Below, in pieces: positions 25,820 to 37,200 of a stretch of DNA of 64,000 bases (positions within the stretch are counted from its first letter, which is position 1; each line of letters begins with the position of its first letter). Under the pieces are notes generated by a model. That model saw only the letters and a program-made list of their open reading frames with translations. It was not told where the DNA came from and ran no database searches. This stretch comes from Paraspadella gotoi (lineage: Eukaryota > Animalia > Chaetognatha). Location of the stretch: the NCBI GenBank assembly GCA_051294375.1, contig CM119267.1:26117293-26181292 (forward strand). Reading direction: 5' to 3'. The translations under genes and the position numbers were made by a program.

Positions 25820-28800
25820 ATACACGCATTTTTTTGTTTTATTGACTATCATCGCATCAATGAATGACAATCATCGCATCAGTGAATGACTATCATCGCA
25901 TCAATAATTGATTATCATCGAATCAATAATCATTCCTATTACATCAATAAATTACTATTACATCAATCAATTAGTATTACCTTAATCAATTACTATTACA
26001 TCAATAATTCGTTATCGCATGATTCATTCGTTTTTTTCCCGGGTTTTTTCATTAATTTTCTTTGATAGTGGGCTCTGGCTCGATCTTGAGTCTTTTAAGA
26101 TTTTTTTATTTTATGTCTCCTCTCTCTCTCTCCACTCTCTCTCTCTCTCACTCTCTCTCTTTCTCTCTCACTCTCTCACTCTCTCTCTCTCACTCTCTCT
26201 TTCTTTCTCTCTCTCTCTCTTTTTATGCAATAGCGACGATCCTTATGCTTTTAAGATTTTTTTAACTTGCATCATTTTTTCAACTTGCATCATTTTTTCA
26301 ACTTGCATTCCGTCAAAACTTTATATCTAGCTTCTTCACTCACTTTCCTACTGGCTCACAAAATTTCATCTCAATCTATCATGGGTTAAAATAAATAAAA
26401 AGATTCAAGTAAATGTGACTCATATTTTTTTCATTTAAACTCATTTCCACTGGTACGTTTCCACTGAAACTTTATATCAAGCTTCGTCACACATTTTCCT
26501 ACCCACACACAAAATTTCATCTCAATCTATCCATCCAATTATGATTAATTAGAGTATTTATTGGTTAAAATAAGTAAAAAGATTTTAGTAAATTCGACTT
26601 ATGTTTTTTCCATTTAAACTAATTTCCACTCACACGATTCCATCGAAACTTTATATCCAGCTTTATCACACACTTTCCTACTCACACACAAAATTTAATT
26701 CCAATCCAACCAGCCAATCATGAGTTATTGGAGCTTTTTGCTAAGATTAGATGGATGGACGGATTGATTGACTAATTAATTAATTATTGATTAATTTATT
26801 TACTAATTGATTAATTAACTGATTAATTATTTGATTTATTAATACATCCTGCATATACATTTAATATAAAAGGAAAAAGAAGCATAATCAATTAGTAAAA
26901 CAGGTTTTTTTGTTTTTTTCCATTTAAACTCATTTCCACTCAAACTATTCCATCGAAACTTGATTTCCTGTTCAATCACACACTTTCCTACCCACATACA
27001 AAATTCCAGGTCAATCAGCCCATCCACTCATGAGCAATTGGTGTTCAAATAGTGAATATATTTTTTTTGTTTTTTTTCCATTTAAACTCATTTCCACTCG
27101 GACGATTCCATCGAAACTTCATATCCAGCTCAATCACACACTTACCTATCCTCACACAAAATTTCTTTAACATCCATCCATCCAATCACGAGTAATTGGT
27201 GTTTTTTGCTAAGGTGGGACGGACGGACGGACGGACGGACGGACGACGGACAGACACGACAGACGGACGACGGACATCATTTTTTTTGCATAATTTATCA
27301 TAATTCGATGTTCTGACATGATATAAGTGTGTGCCCGACAATATTGAGGGGGCGGACCGACGGACCGAAAAAGTGAGTTATAGAGTCGGGATCTGCTGAT
27401 AAGCAGATCCGACTAAAAAATAATAAAAAATATTACTACAAGATTTCCAATTTTTTTTGTTTTATTGCTTAAAATTAGCAAAAACTCTAAAAATTATGGC
27501 AAGACGATGATGATGATGATTTTAAAAAGTTTTTCCATTATTTGACCCACTTATCATCGAAATATTGAAAAACGCATTATACTTTGTGTGGGCTATCTGA
27601 ATCCGTTCTTAAAAAATAAAATTTTTACAAAATTTTTTTTCATTGCCTATGCATTGATAATTATTTAAATGCTTCAATGTTATACTGTGCTTCACTAGTT
27701 ATAAAAGTGATAGTAAATATTGATTAAGTATATGATGGACAAATGTATTTTATATTACAGAACTCTTAATGATAAAAAGTGATCAATTTTGACCCGTTTT
27801 ATTGAGCAAGGATATGAGAGTACTTCCTTTGATACAAGCCATTGATTTCACCCTTGAATAATAAAGTATTTATCAGTTATGAAAAGGTCAGCCAGAATAG
27901 ATATAAACTCTCAATCATTAATGTCTTAATTATTACATCGAATTATCACAAAATTATCTATGAATCAATTAATTGTTATGATTCTTTCTTTTTCGTTGTG
28001 TTTAAGTTTAAGGAATAACAGTTTTTTAGTGTGTGACAACGAATTTTTATTTCATAGGGACATGTTTCGACTCTGTGGTTGAGGGTCTTCATCAGCATTT
28101 GATTTAATCAACAATTTTTTCTTTAATGTTAGTTTTTAGAGAGAGAGAGAGAAAGAGGGAGATTCCAACAAAGAATTGAGGAAGGACAAGTGTTCAGATG
28201 TGAGGACAGGTGAAGGTAAGGGCAAGGAAGAAGATAAATTGGTTGAAATTTGAAAGGTGATAGGTACAAAAATTGAGGGAGAGAGAGAGAGAAACAGAGG
28301 CAGAGAAAATAGTTACATTTGGCAATGTACAACAGAGTAAAAATGGACAAACTTAATGTTAATCTAGTAGTAACAAAGAAATTAATAAATTATTAATTAT
28401 TAATTATTAATTAATGAAAGGGAAAATAAGTTGTTAGGGATAGTTAAGTGAAGATGTTAGTGAAATTAAGATAAAGAAAGAGCTGGCCCCCCCCGGCCTG
28501 GCAAATATAGGACGTGAGCGATAGGATCGGGTCATTGGCTTGTCATAGGCTGAGAGGGTATTGTTGTAGGCTAAGGAGAGTCGCACCGAGTTGCTGCTGG
28601 CTCGGGAGAAGTATTGGGCGTTTTCGGGAAAAAAAATAAAGGAATTCAGATATCATAATTTTTTTTTAATATTTTTTATTTTTGTTATATGAAATTGGTA
28701 CAACTAATATATATTTGGGTAAAAATTAAGGTTACAATAAATTATGGTTAAGAATAAATTAAGAATAAGTGTAAATTAACAAGAAAAATAAATTAGGTTA

Positions 28801-30189
28801 AAAATAAATTAGGGGGAAGTTAAGTTTAAGGGTAAGTTAGGGGTAGAGGTAAGTTTGGGTTAGGGGTAAGTTAAGGGTAAATTAGAGTTAAATTTAAAAT
28901 AAAGTTTCGGCTTAAGCATACAATAATTTAACTTTTCAAAAAATAATATTTAAATATTAATAAATTTATAAAAAATATAATAATATTTACAAAGTAACAA
29001 AGTTTTTATTTATGATTACAATGTTCATTTAATTATTCGGAGAGAGAGAGAGATATATATATATATCAAGGTTAAAATTGCCTCTCTCTCTATCTCTCAA
29101 AGTTAGTATCCAAATATTTATTAAAACTATTAAAACTGGCTGATGAAGGTTCAAAGAACAATAACCAAAACATAGCCGAATTATTAAATGATCATGGTTA
29201 TCACAAATAAAAACTGTTATTTTGTAAATATCTATTAAAGGCAATGAAAAAAAGATATATTACAATTACTAATATTTAAAAAACATTTTTTAAAGAATTA
29301 AAAAGAAATCCTTAGCTCGTGAAGCTTAAAAACGTTTTTAATATCATTGTTGTTACGGTCTTAAATTTTTTTTCTGTAAAGAAACGAACATTATTTTTTC
29401 CTCTTCTTTCTCTTCGTTTTCCCATAAGCCTTCAGAGCGTATTCAACTCCGGGATCGCCGTTTTTTTAATTTTTAACCCCTTTAATGAAAGAATTTTTAA
29501 AAATGATTTATATTTTCTTTTTTCAACTTTTGACGAGGATTTCAAATCTGTAATCAAAATTAAGAAAAGCCTTTTTCGATTTTATAAGGGTAGTACTATA
29601 TATAAATATAGCCTACTGCGAAAATTGAAGAATATAAAATTAATTTTTTTTCAAATTAATGTTCACTGATGGTATGTTGTTCATAATTGTCATTTCAAAT
29701 TTTCTTATGTAACTTTCACAACGCTCTAAGTGCGCTTTCCCTCGATGATGTTACTGAAATAAACTCGCGTTCATTAAATTCACTTTGATCTCGAATATTT
29801 CTTATTAAAAATTCCATCCTCCGTTCCAGATCGACATTTCCAAGTTAAACTTCCCCGAGTCGCTCAACGACGAATACTTTCGACGAAAAAAGGCGAAGAA
29901 AGTTCGTCACGGCGAAGGCGAGATCTTCGAGCAAAAGAAAGAGACTTATGTCGTCTCCGAGCAAAGGAAGCGCGATCAGGTTTGGCGGCAAAGAGACTTT
30001 GAATTTACTCTCATTTTCTCCTGGCTTTTGTTTTCATCATGGTAATGATATAACTTATTTTAGGTGGAAGTTGATCGCCAGATCCTCTCCGCCATCAAAG
30101 GCCACCCTGACAAGAAGCTTATGTGCCAATACTTGGCTTCGTCCTTTTCCATTCGTAAAGGAATGTTTCCGCATAAGATGAATTTTTGA
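9308..30189 (+). CDS. RPL6: 60S ribosomal protein L6 (eL6), 4 coding exons, 246 aa
   Basis: Exons 9308-9439 ([28 protein letters not shown]), 22244-22576 ([10 protein letters not shown]...[36 protein letters not shown]), 29830-29979 ([10 protein letters not shown]...EQRKRDQ) and 30064-30189 (...FPHKMNF*). All introns are GT-AG, phase 0. Confidence 0.96.
9575..9710. mobile_element. 245-bp structured element, copy 1, left half (right half 22101-22202)
   Basis: Begins TATGGCAACAGCCGGGTTGCC and resumes at 22101, ending ...ACCGCCACA. 4-bp TSD CCTT at 9571-9574 and 22203-22206. Confidence 0.75.
10974..19461 (+). repeat. Noisy second copy of 2539-10574 (probable long-read gap-filling artefact)
   Basis: Colinear with copy 1 but about 5-6% longer through scattered 1-bp insertions. 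Preceded by a 289-N gap and a 25-N gap. Confidence 0.85.
18144..18278 (+). pseudogene. RPL6: Frameshifted duplicate of RPL6 exon 1 (likely artefact)
   Basis: Matches 9308-9439 with several 1-bp indels, inside the noisy duplicate. Confidence 0.6.
19427..22010 (+). mobile_element. Full-length HINE/DINE-1-like non-autonomous Helentron (~2.6 kb)
   Basis: 5' T-run, subTIR GTCGGATCTGC with adjacent inverted copy, (GTCC)n, internal ~120-bp repeats, GA microsatellites, 3' subTIR GCAGATCCGAC, short hairpin GTTTG-CT-CAAAC and a T-run. No TSD. Confidence 0.85.
22616..22860. mobile_element. 245-bp structured element, intact copy 2
   Basis: TATGGC...GCCACA termini with 4-bp TSD GAGG on both sides. GC-rich with several hairpins. 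Confidence 0.8.
23359..24780. mobile_element. Nested or rearranged HINE fragments
   Basis: 5' palindrome end at 23359, reverse-oriented 3' end from 23675, forward 3' end at 24749-24780. Confidence 0.7.
24823..27420 (-). mobile_element. Full-length HINE/DINE-1-like element, inverted relative to 19427-22010
   Basis: Reverse complement of the 19427-22010 copy over its whole length, including both ends and an internal tRNA-like segment at about 25410-25490. Confidence 0.87.
28059..28095 (-). ncRNA. Minimal type I hammerhead ribozyme motif (Penelope-like)
   Basis: Minus strand reads CUGAUGA-AGAC...GUC-GAAAC-AUGUC. Palindromic ACAUGU helix III and downstream AAUAAA. Helix I is weak. Confidence 0.65.
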
Positions 30190-30900
30190 GAAATTCAGCT
30201 GTCAGCCGTCAGTCCCGCAAAAATCTTGGCTTTTTTTTCAAACCTTGGCAAAGACGAAAAATGAAATAATTGTAGAAGACGAAAATAGTTTGTTTTAAAA
30301 TTGTATTTTGCTTCCAATTGCATTTAGAAAAAAACACATTTTTTTACTTTTTCTTAAACTTACTTAAAGATACACATTATTGGGGACTAATCCGCATTCG
30401 CGACCAGAATTTTTTAAAGTGGCGTAAGAGGCGAATCTGACGAAACTAACGACAGACGAGTTATTTGTCAACTATCATCCTTCCGATTCGCTTATTCGTA
30501 CGTCGCTCGCTTTCATTTAGCTTAAGATCTTAGAAAAATAATAATTTTAATTTGCGAATTACTCAGGGTTCGGAACATTTTTGCAAAAAAATATTTTAAC
30601 ACAATAACTAATACCAATATTTGAATTTGGTCGGCTACCGCTATTAATAAGACAATTTTTAATATCTGATTAATCCAGCATCAATTTATTTTTGTTCTGA
30701 AGCAGTGGAGTCGATGTGATGAAGATTAGTGATTACCTTATATCACTTCAGATTCTAAGATTTAATTTTAAATCTACAGTTATGTAAGATTTGGAAAAAA
30801 ATGTCTGCATGAAAGGCCAACGAGATCGTTTAAGTTCGTTGAAATTTGAGGGTTGACGTCGGGTGGAAACCATCTCATCTGTCCTAGGAATGACTCCATC

Positions 30901-33714
30901 ATGGGCGACTCCGACCACGAAGCTGCTCAACTCCTCTCCCTTCTGCTCGACGTTTTTGGATTCTCTCGCTTCCTATCCGAACTTCAGAAGCAGGCGGCCG
31001 TGTCCTGCGTGTTGGCGGCCCGGCGCCGCAGCCACGACGATGTGGCCGTGTTGGCGCCGTCCGGCTCCGGGAAGACAATCGCCTGCAGCGTCGCAGTGGC
31101 GCGGATCTATCGTATCGGTGGGCGGACGTTGACAATCTCCGACGACCCCGTCGGAGCTCGTGCGGCGTGGATGAAGAGCAAAGGTCTCGACTGCGAAACA
31201 CTCTCCTCTGATCAGCATCACCTCCGATCCAAAGTCATCTTCGTTTCCTTAGACGAAGTTTTGTCGCCCGAATCAGAGGAAAGACTCTTGGCTATCTGCA
31301 CTGAACGCCTCGCCGCCGTCTTCGTCGACATCTCAGAGTCGTCGCTAACGCCGGCCCGAGGTGAGGCCCTCGAGGATCTCCGAAACCGCTTTTTCGCCCG
31401 AACTCCGCTGATGCTGTTTGCGTCGACGTCTTGTCGTCGTCGAGGCGAAGAGACTATAGGCTACCTTAATCTACGTGATCCCTGGATAATCTCCCCGCCG
31501 CAGGAGACGCGACGACGAATGAGGCTGAGCGTAGAGCTTCGTCAAACAGTTCAAGAGGCCGCCTTCGACCTGAAGACGTCTTTGAAGCGGCGCGATGCAA
31601 ACCCCACCATCATTCACTGCCAAGACGAAGAGAGTTGCTACAAGCTCGCGGCGACGCTCGTGGAGGCTGGTGTCACCGCCACGGCGCTTGCTCAAGATCT
31701 TACCGAAGCGGAACAACGCGAGGTGGAGGACAACTGGACGGAAGGACTCTGCGACGCCCTCGTCGTTTCGCCGGAACTATTTTCCGAGGAGCTCTTTAAA
31801 TCCGGGCTTCGCAAGGTCGTCTACTTTGGGGCTCCGATCAAAATGGAAGAATACCGCCACCACGTCGAAGTCGCCGAGGAAGAAGGGACCGAGAGTTCAG
31901 TGATATACGCTTGGCGTCCCGTAGGAAAACGTCTCGACCAAAAATTTTTGGAATCGAGGAATTGTCGGCATCGATTTCTCGCGAGCCACTACGGCGACGA
32001 GGTCGAGTCGAACCTCGAAAGTTGCCGCTACTTTTGCGATAATTGTTGTTCAAGGAGATTCGCGCGCGGAAGCGAAGCCTCAAAATCTTCTAGGGATTGT
32101 CCTCCCGCTCGATCTCGTCGTCGAGAGGAGGGGCGACCAAGAACTTCTCGTTTCGTCTCCAATAATTTTGAGGCTTTAAAGACTCGATCGTGGGAGGCGC
32201 CAGAGGATGCCATCGCCCAGGCCGATTCGCGGAGCGAGACTCCCGTTCAGGACGAACGTCCGTCGTTGGAAATCCTCGAAGCTGACCGACGGTTGAGCAA
32301 AGGTGGAGATAAAGGCTGCGACGATGACGATGACGATGATGACAAGGAGGAAGGCGAAGTCGAGGACAGTGACGACGAGATAAAAATGGACCGACGCGTA
32401 GTTATCGAATTGAAATCTCGTGGCTCCGAATCCCTCGACGAGTCGGCTGATTGGCGGACGATTTCCCCGCGAGAGAAGATCGATCGCCATCGCGTCAAGA
32501 GATCGAATCAAACCCTGGACGAGTCCGAGTCTCCCGTCGCCAAGCGACGATTGGAAGATTGGGTAGAAAGAGACTGCGTGAACTTCACCCAAAGCGAGCG
32601 AGATTGTTCTCGGTACAGAAAAGATCGAATCGACGCGGGTCCTCTTGAAAGGTCTTCAGTTCACAACGCTTTTTATCCTCCGCCCGGGCCACCCCCGTTG
32701 CCAGACTCTCTTATAACGACCCGTCCTCTTCAGGATCAGAAATTCTTCGACGACGAAGAAAGTCGAACCAACAAACTTTTTTATACGCGAGAGGAGATTC
32801 GACGCGAACCCACGACGAATTCAAAGAGACGGGGCGTCGACGATCGGCGTCACGTCGTCGCTGAAATAGAATCCGATGATCTCGTCGTTGAGACGCTGGG
32901 AAAGTTTCCTCGAACGCCGCCGACTCCTCGAGGCAACTCTCGAGATTCCGACCGAGAAGAGGCGGAGGAGGAAGAGGATTCCAGCAAGCACCGCAGAGTC
33001 GATTCTCAAACTGAAGATCGTTCGTCGACTCGAAGCCAATCTCGCGAAGATCTTAATTCAGAACCTGACAGCCCCCCGTCTCCGCCGAGAAGACCGAGAA
33101 CTCCTTCCTCGCCCCCGCGTAGCCCCGATCTCCCGCCGGTCTCACCGGCCTCTCCTTTTCAACGTGTTTTCGACGATAGAAGCGACGACCGCGTCGAGGC
33201 GGACGCCGTGTCTCCCTGTGAAGAGAACCCTAATGAAATCCCTTCCTTGAGTCTTAAGAACGTTACCTCAAATCAGAACTACCTTTCGCTTCCCACCTCG
33301 GATAGGATCAAATCTCTTCATCAAATTCAATCAAATTTAGAAAATAAGAAAGAGTCGAGTGAGAATCCGGTCAGTGACAAAACGAAAAAGATTCCGGGAA
33401 AAAAAAAAGACGAAGAACTGAACAACTATGTGGCACAAATCGTCGTCAATTACCTCAATCCTTACTTTAAAAACGGGAACTTCGACTCCAAGGATTTGTT
33501 CAAGCGGTTTGCTCGAGAACTCACCCACAAGATCGTGGGAGCCGTGAGGAACATCTCCTCCAAGGACAAGAAGATGGTCATTAAGCAACAAGCCAACGTG
33601 GAAATAAAATCTTTTTTCAGAAAGGTGGGAAAAGTATCTGACGAATCCGACCTTGCCAGACTCGTTACATCCAGCAATTCTTCGCAATCGTTGGTTAAAA
33701 AAACCTCTGATTAA
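30901..33714 (+). CDS. RECQL5: RECQL5-like protein with degenerate helicase motifs, RQC zinc site and C-terminal SRI domain; intronless, 937 aa
   Basis: VFGFSRF..LQ (motif 0), APSGSGKT (Walker A), TIIHC..E..C..LA..L, CRH...CDNC zinc ligands. C-terminal VVNYLNPYFKNGNFDSKDLFKRFARELTH resembles the RECQL5 SRI. First ATG at 30901. Confidence 0.8.
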   Translation: MGDSDHEAAQLLSLLLDVFGFSRFLSELQKQAAVSCVLAARRRSHDDVAVLAPSGSGKTIACSVAVARIYRIGGRTLTISDDPVGARAAWMKSKGLDCETLSSDQHHLRSKVIFVSLDEVLSPESEERLLAICTERLAAVFVDISESSLTPARGEALEDLRNRFFARTPLMLFASTSCRRRGEETIGYLNLRDPWIISPPQETRRRMRLSVELRQTVQEAAFDLKTSLKRRDANPTIIHCQDEESCYKLAATLVEAGVTATALAQDLTEAEQREVEDNWTEGLCDALVVSPELFSEELFKSGLRKVVYFGAPIKMEEYRHHVEVAEEEGTESSVIYAWRPVGKRLDQKFLESRNCRHRFLASHYGDEVESNLESCRYFCDNCCSRRFARGSEASKSSRDCPPARSRRREEGRPRTSRFVSNNFEALKTRSWEAPEDAIAQADSRSETPVQDERPSLEILEADRRLSKGGDKGCDDDDDDDDKEEGEVEDSDDEIKMDRRVVIELKSRGSESLDESADWRTISPREKIDRHRVKRSNQTLDESESPVAKRRLEDWVERDCVNFTQSERDCSRYRKDRIDAGPLERSSVHNAFYPPPGPPPLPDSLITTRPLQDQKFFDDEESRTNKLFYTREEIRREPTTNSKRRGVDDRRHVVAEIESDDLVVETLGKFPRTPPTPRGNSRDSDREEAEEEEDSSKHRRVDSQTEDRSSTRSQSREDLNSEPDSPPSPPRRPRTPSSPPRSPDLPPVSPASPFQRVFDDRSDDRVEADAVSPCEENPNEIPSLSLKNVTSNQNYLSLPTSDRIKSLHQIQSNLENKKESSENPVSDKTKKIPGKKKDEELNNYVAQIVVNYLNPYFKNGNFDSKDLFKRFARELTHKIVGAVRNISSKDKKMVIKQQANVEIKSFFRKVGKVSDESDLARLVTSSNSSQSLVKKTSD

Positions 33715-34202
33715 AATTTTCTTGTTCCTACGTTGCTTTTAATCCAAACTAAAGTTAACTTCATTGATCGTACTTCGTAGTGTAGATTAAGATTTTAAAC
33801 AACTTGGAGTTTTTAAGGTATTCACAGTCTGTTGTTTTATTTTACTTGAAAAATGAATGTGTTTTTATCATCATTTTGATTTTGACAAAATTTGATTTTG
33901 TCGTCTCGGGTATAAAAGTGCTATGTTGTACTGAGTCGAAAATCAGTATAGTAATCGTATTACGCTACCATCTTTTAAAAAGTTGTATTATTTGTACTTT
34001 TTTGTACTTTATTTCAGAAAATCTATCATCTTTATTGCGAATCTCTGAGAACAAAACAGTTAAAAACTATTGAAAGATGCTTTTATGGCAACACACTTTT
34101 CGATTATTTTGTCGGAGACAAATTCGTGCGGACATCGAAGGACTGGAGATGAAGAACAATTTGCTACGAACATTTCAGGAACCGTTCTTCTATATAAATA
34201 TA

Positions 34203-37200
34203 AACAAGTTTGAGCAAACAATGTCGGATCTGCCTACGAAAATTAATTAATTAATTAATTAATCGATTAATTAATTTTAATATTTAATAATTAATTATAA
34301 ATTTATATACAGCTTATCATCATCGATGTCCTTAAAATAAAGTAAATGTGACTCATATTTTTTCCATTTAAACTCATTTCCACTGGCACAATTCCGTCAA
34401 AACTTTATATCTAGCTTCTTCACAAACTTTCCTTCCCGCTCACAAAATTTCATCTTAATCTATTATGGGTTAAAATAAGTAAAAAGAGTAAAGTAAATGT
34501 GACTCATATTTTTTTAATTTAAACTCATTTCCACTCGTACCGAAACTTTTTATCAAGCTTCGTCACACATTTTCCTACCCACACACAAAATTTCAACTCA
34601 ATCTATCCATCCAATTATGATTAAATAGAGTATTTATTAGACACATTTAAATCCGATTCTTTTTAAGATAGAAATTCAGGAAAACGGCATTCTTTTCCTT
34701 TTTTTCCGTTCTATCTGAATATATGACTTTTGTTAGACTTTTTAAAATTCTTGGCCCTTCTCAGGAGCGCCAAAGTGCCACGAGCATCAAAATTCACATA
34801 TATTCGTAGATTTCTTGAACAAGTTCTATTTAAATTTAATTTTCTAATATAATTAGTTCATTCCTGACTAGAATATTGCATTGCAAGTTAGTTAATATAT
34901 TAAAAAATAGTTTTAGGTGCTTATTATGTTGAAAAACTATTTTTACAAACCGGAAGTTATCAAAAACAGCAAAAAATTAGTTCTAAAGCTACGAACTACT
35001 TTTATAAATTCGTTAGATATGTTACATGTTCTTTTTTATCATTTATTTCAAAAGTTTAATTTAAATATTTTATTTAGTTATTAGATTTGGTTTAATTATG
35101 CAGACGCGCAAGCTTTTTTACTTTAACTTTGATGTTTAAAATGACTGATGAACTTTCATTGTATTTTATGTCAGATACCCAAATCAATAATACCAATATA
35201 TATTGTTATAATAGAGAAATATGGTGTAAAGATATTATAAAAAAAATTAAATGTAATCGTTGTTCATCTTCATCTTTATTTCAAACTCAATTTAAAAACA
35301 AAAAAAATAAAAAAGTGAATAAAGAAAAGTCAATCTCTTGAACCTTTGAACCTTCCCTAAATCATGGTGGTGGATGATCCCAACCACCACGGCCGCACAA
35401 TGACTCCCCCGTCTCCGCTCGCTGAGACAGAGGGAGACCTCTGGAAAGGCAATAAGCAACCAATGCCCTCTAATCACCTGTCGCAACTATGACTCTCCTC
35501 AGAGAAGTTGTCAACCCAAATGACAGCTTCAGACGAATAAAGGGGAAAGCTCAAGTCCTCATTTAAAATCAGCATGGACAATAAACACATTTTTCTTAAC
35601 TAGCTTTAAAGCTACAAATCATAGGTGACCACCATTCGATTCATTTTTTATTGCTCTATCTATATATGTCACTTTTGATATACTGGATTCCTGATTTCTG
35701 GAACAGGCAGCTTTTTTATCTCAAGATGTATATTCTATCAGGAATACTGAGATTGAGAGATAGTGAATAGGAAATGAAGGAAAAAGAATGTTTAGGTTCA
35801 GTTAATTGTTTAAAATAGAACTATTTATTAAATATAAATATAGAAAATATTAACTTGAAAAAATTATAAAAACTGTAATAGTAACTAACATTAACTAAAT
35901 CAATTTCATTTAATAAAAAAAAATTTTTGTATTAAAAAATAAAAGGATAGATAAGAATAGATAAGAGATAGAAAGGAAATAATAAGACATAAAATTAATA
36001 AAGAGAGCTCAACATAAAGATAGCCACCCTTACGTGGACAAATAAAAGGTAGTACCGATAAGATTGGGTCATGAGAGGGTCAAGTCAACCTCAGTTTCTT
36101 TACCGACTAAACTGTTATATGTGGGTCACTGGGTCAGGTAATGTTTCCGTGAGGAACAGATCTAGTGCGACTCAATTTGACTTTAAATACCTGCCAGTTG
36201 CCCTCTTTTCAGGTAAGGTAGGCCAGGGCCTGTCCGTGCTGATTTTAAAATTTGGTTGCTACAGGTGATTAGAGGGCATTGGTTGCTTATTGCTTTTCCA
36301 GAGGTCTGCCTCGGCGAGTAGAGACGGGGGAGTCATTGTGCGACCGTGGTGGTCGGGATCATCCACCACCACAATTTAGAGAAGGTTAAGGGTTCAAGAG
36401 ATTGAATTTTTGTTTATTCACTCTTTTTTTTCGTTGTTTGGCTTTGCATATTTTTTTTTGTAATGTCTTTACACTATATTTCTCTATTATAACAATATAT
36501 ATTGGTATTATTGATTTGGGTATCTGACATAAAATACAATGAAAGTCCATCAGCCATTTTAAACGTCAAAGTTAAGGTAAAAAGGCTTGTGCGTCTGCAT
36601 AATTAAACTATATCTGATAATTAAATAAAATATTTAAATTATACTTTTGAAATAAATATTAAAAAAGAACATATAACATATCTAGCAAATTGATAAAATT
36701 AGTTTGTATCTTTAGAACTAATTTTTTGCTGTTTTTGGTAACTTCCGGTTTGTAAAAATAGTTTTCAAACATAATAAGCACCTAAAACTATTTTTTTAAT
36801 ATATTAACTAACTTGCAATGCAATATTCTAGTCAGGAATGAACTAATTATATTAAAAAATTAAATTTAAATAGAACTTGTTCAAAAAATCTACGAATATT
36901 TGTGAATTTTGACGCTCATGCACTTTGGCGCTCCTGGGAAGGGCCAAGAATTTTAAAAAGTCTAACAAAAGTCATATATTCAGATAAAACGGAAAAAAAG
37001 GAAAAGAATGCCGTTCTCCTGAGATTTCTATCTTAAAAAGAATCGGATTTAAATGTGTCTAGTATTTATTGGTTAAAATAAGTAAAAAGATTTTAGTAAA
37101 TGCGACTTATGTTTTTTCCATTTAAACTCATATCCACTTACACGATTCCGTCGAAACTTTATATCCAGCTTCATCACACACGTTCCTACCCATACACAAA

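Noticed and set aside
30899-33687. Antisense and alternative-frame ORFs over the GC-rich exons
   Set aside because: They are shadow ORFs of real + strand genes and have no recognisable motifs.
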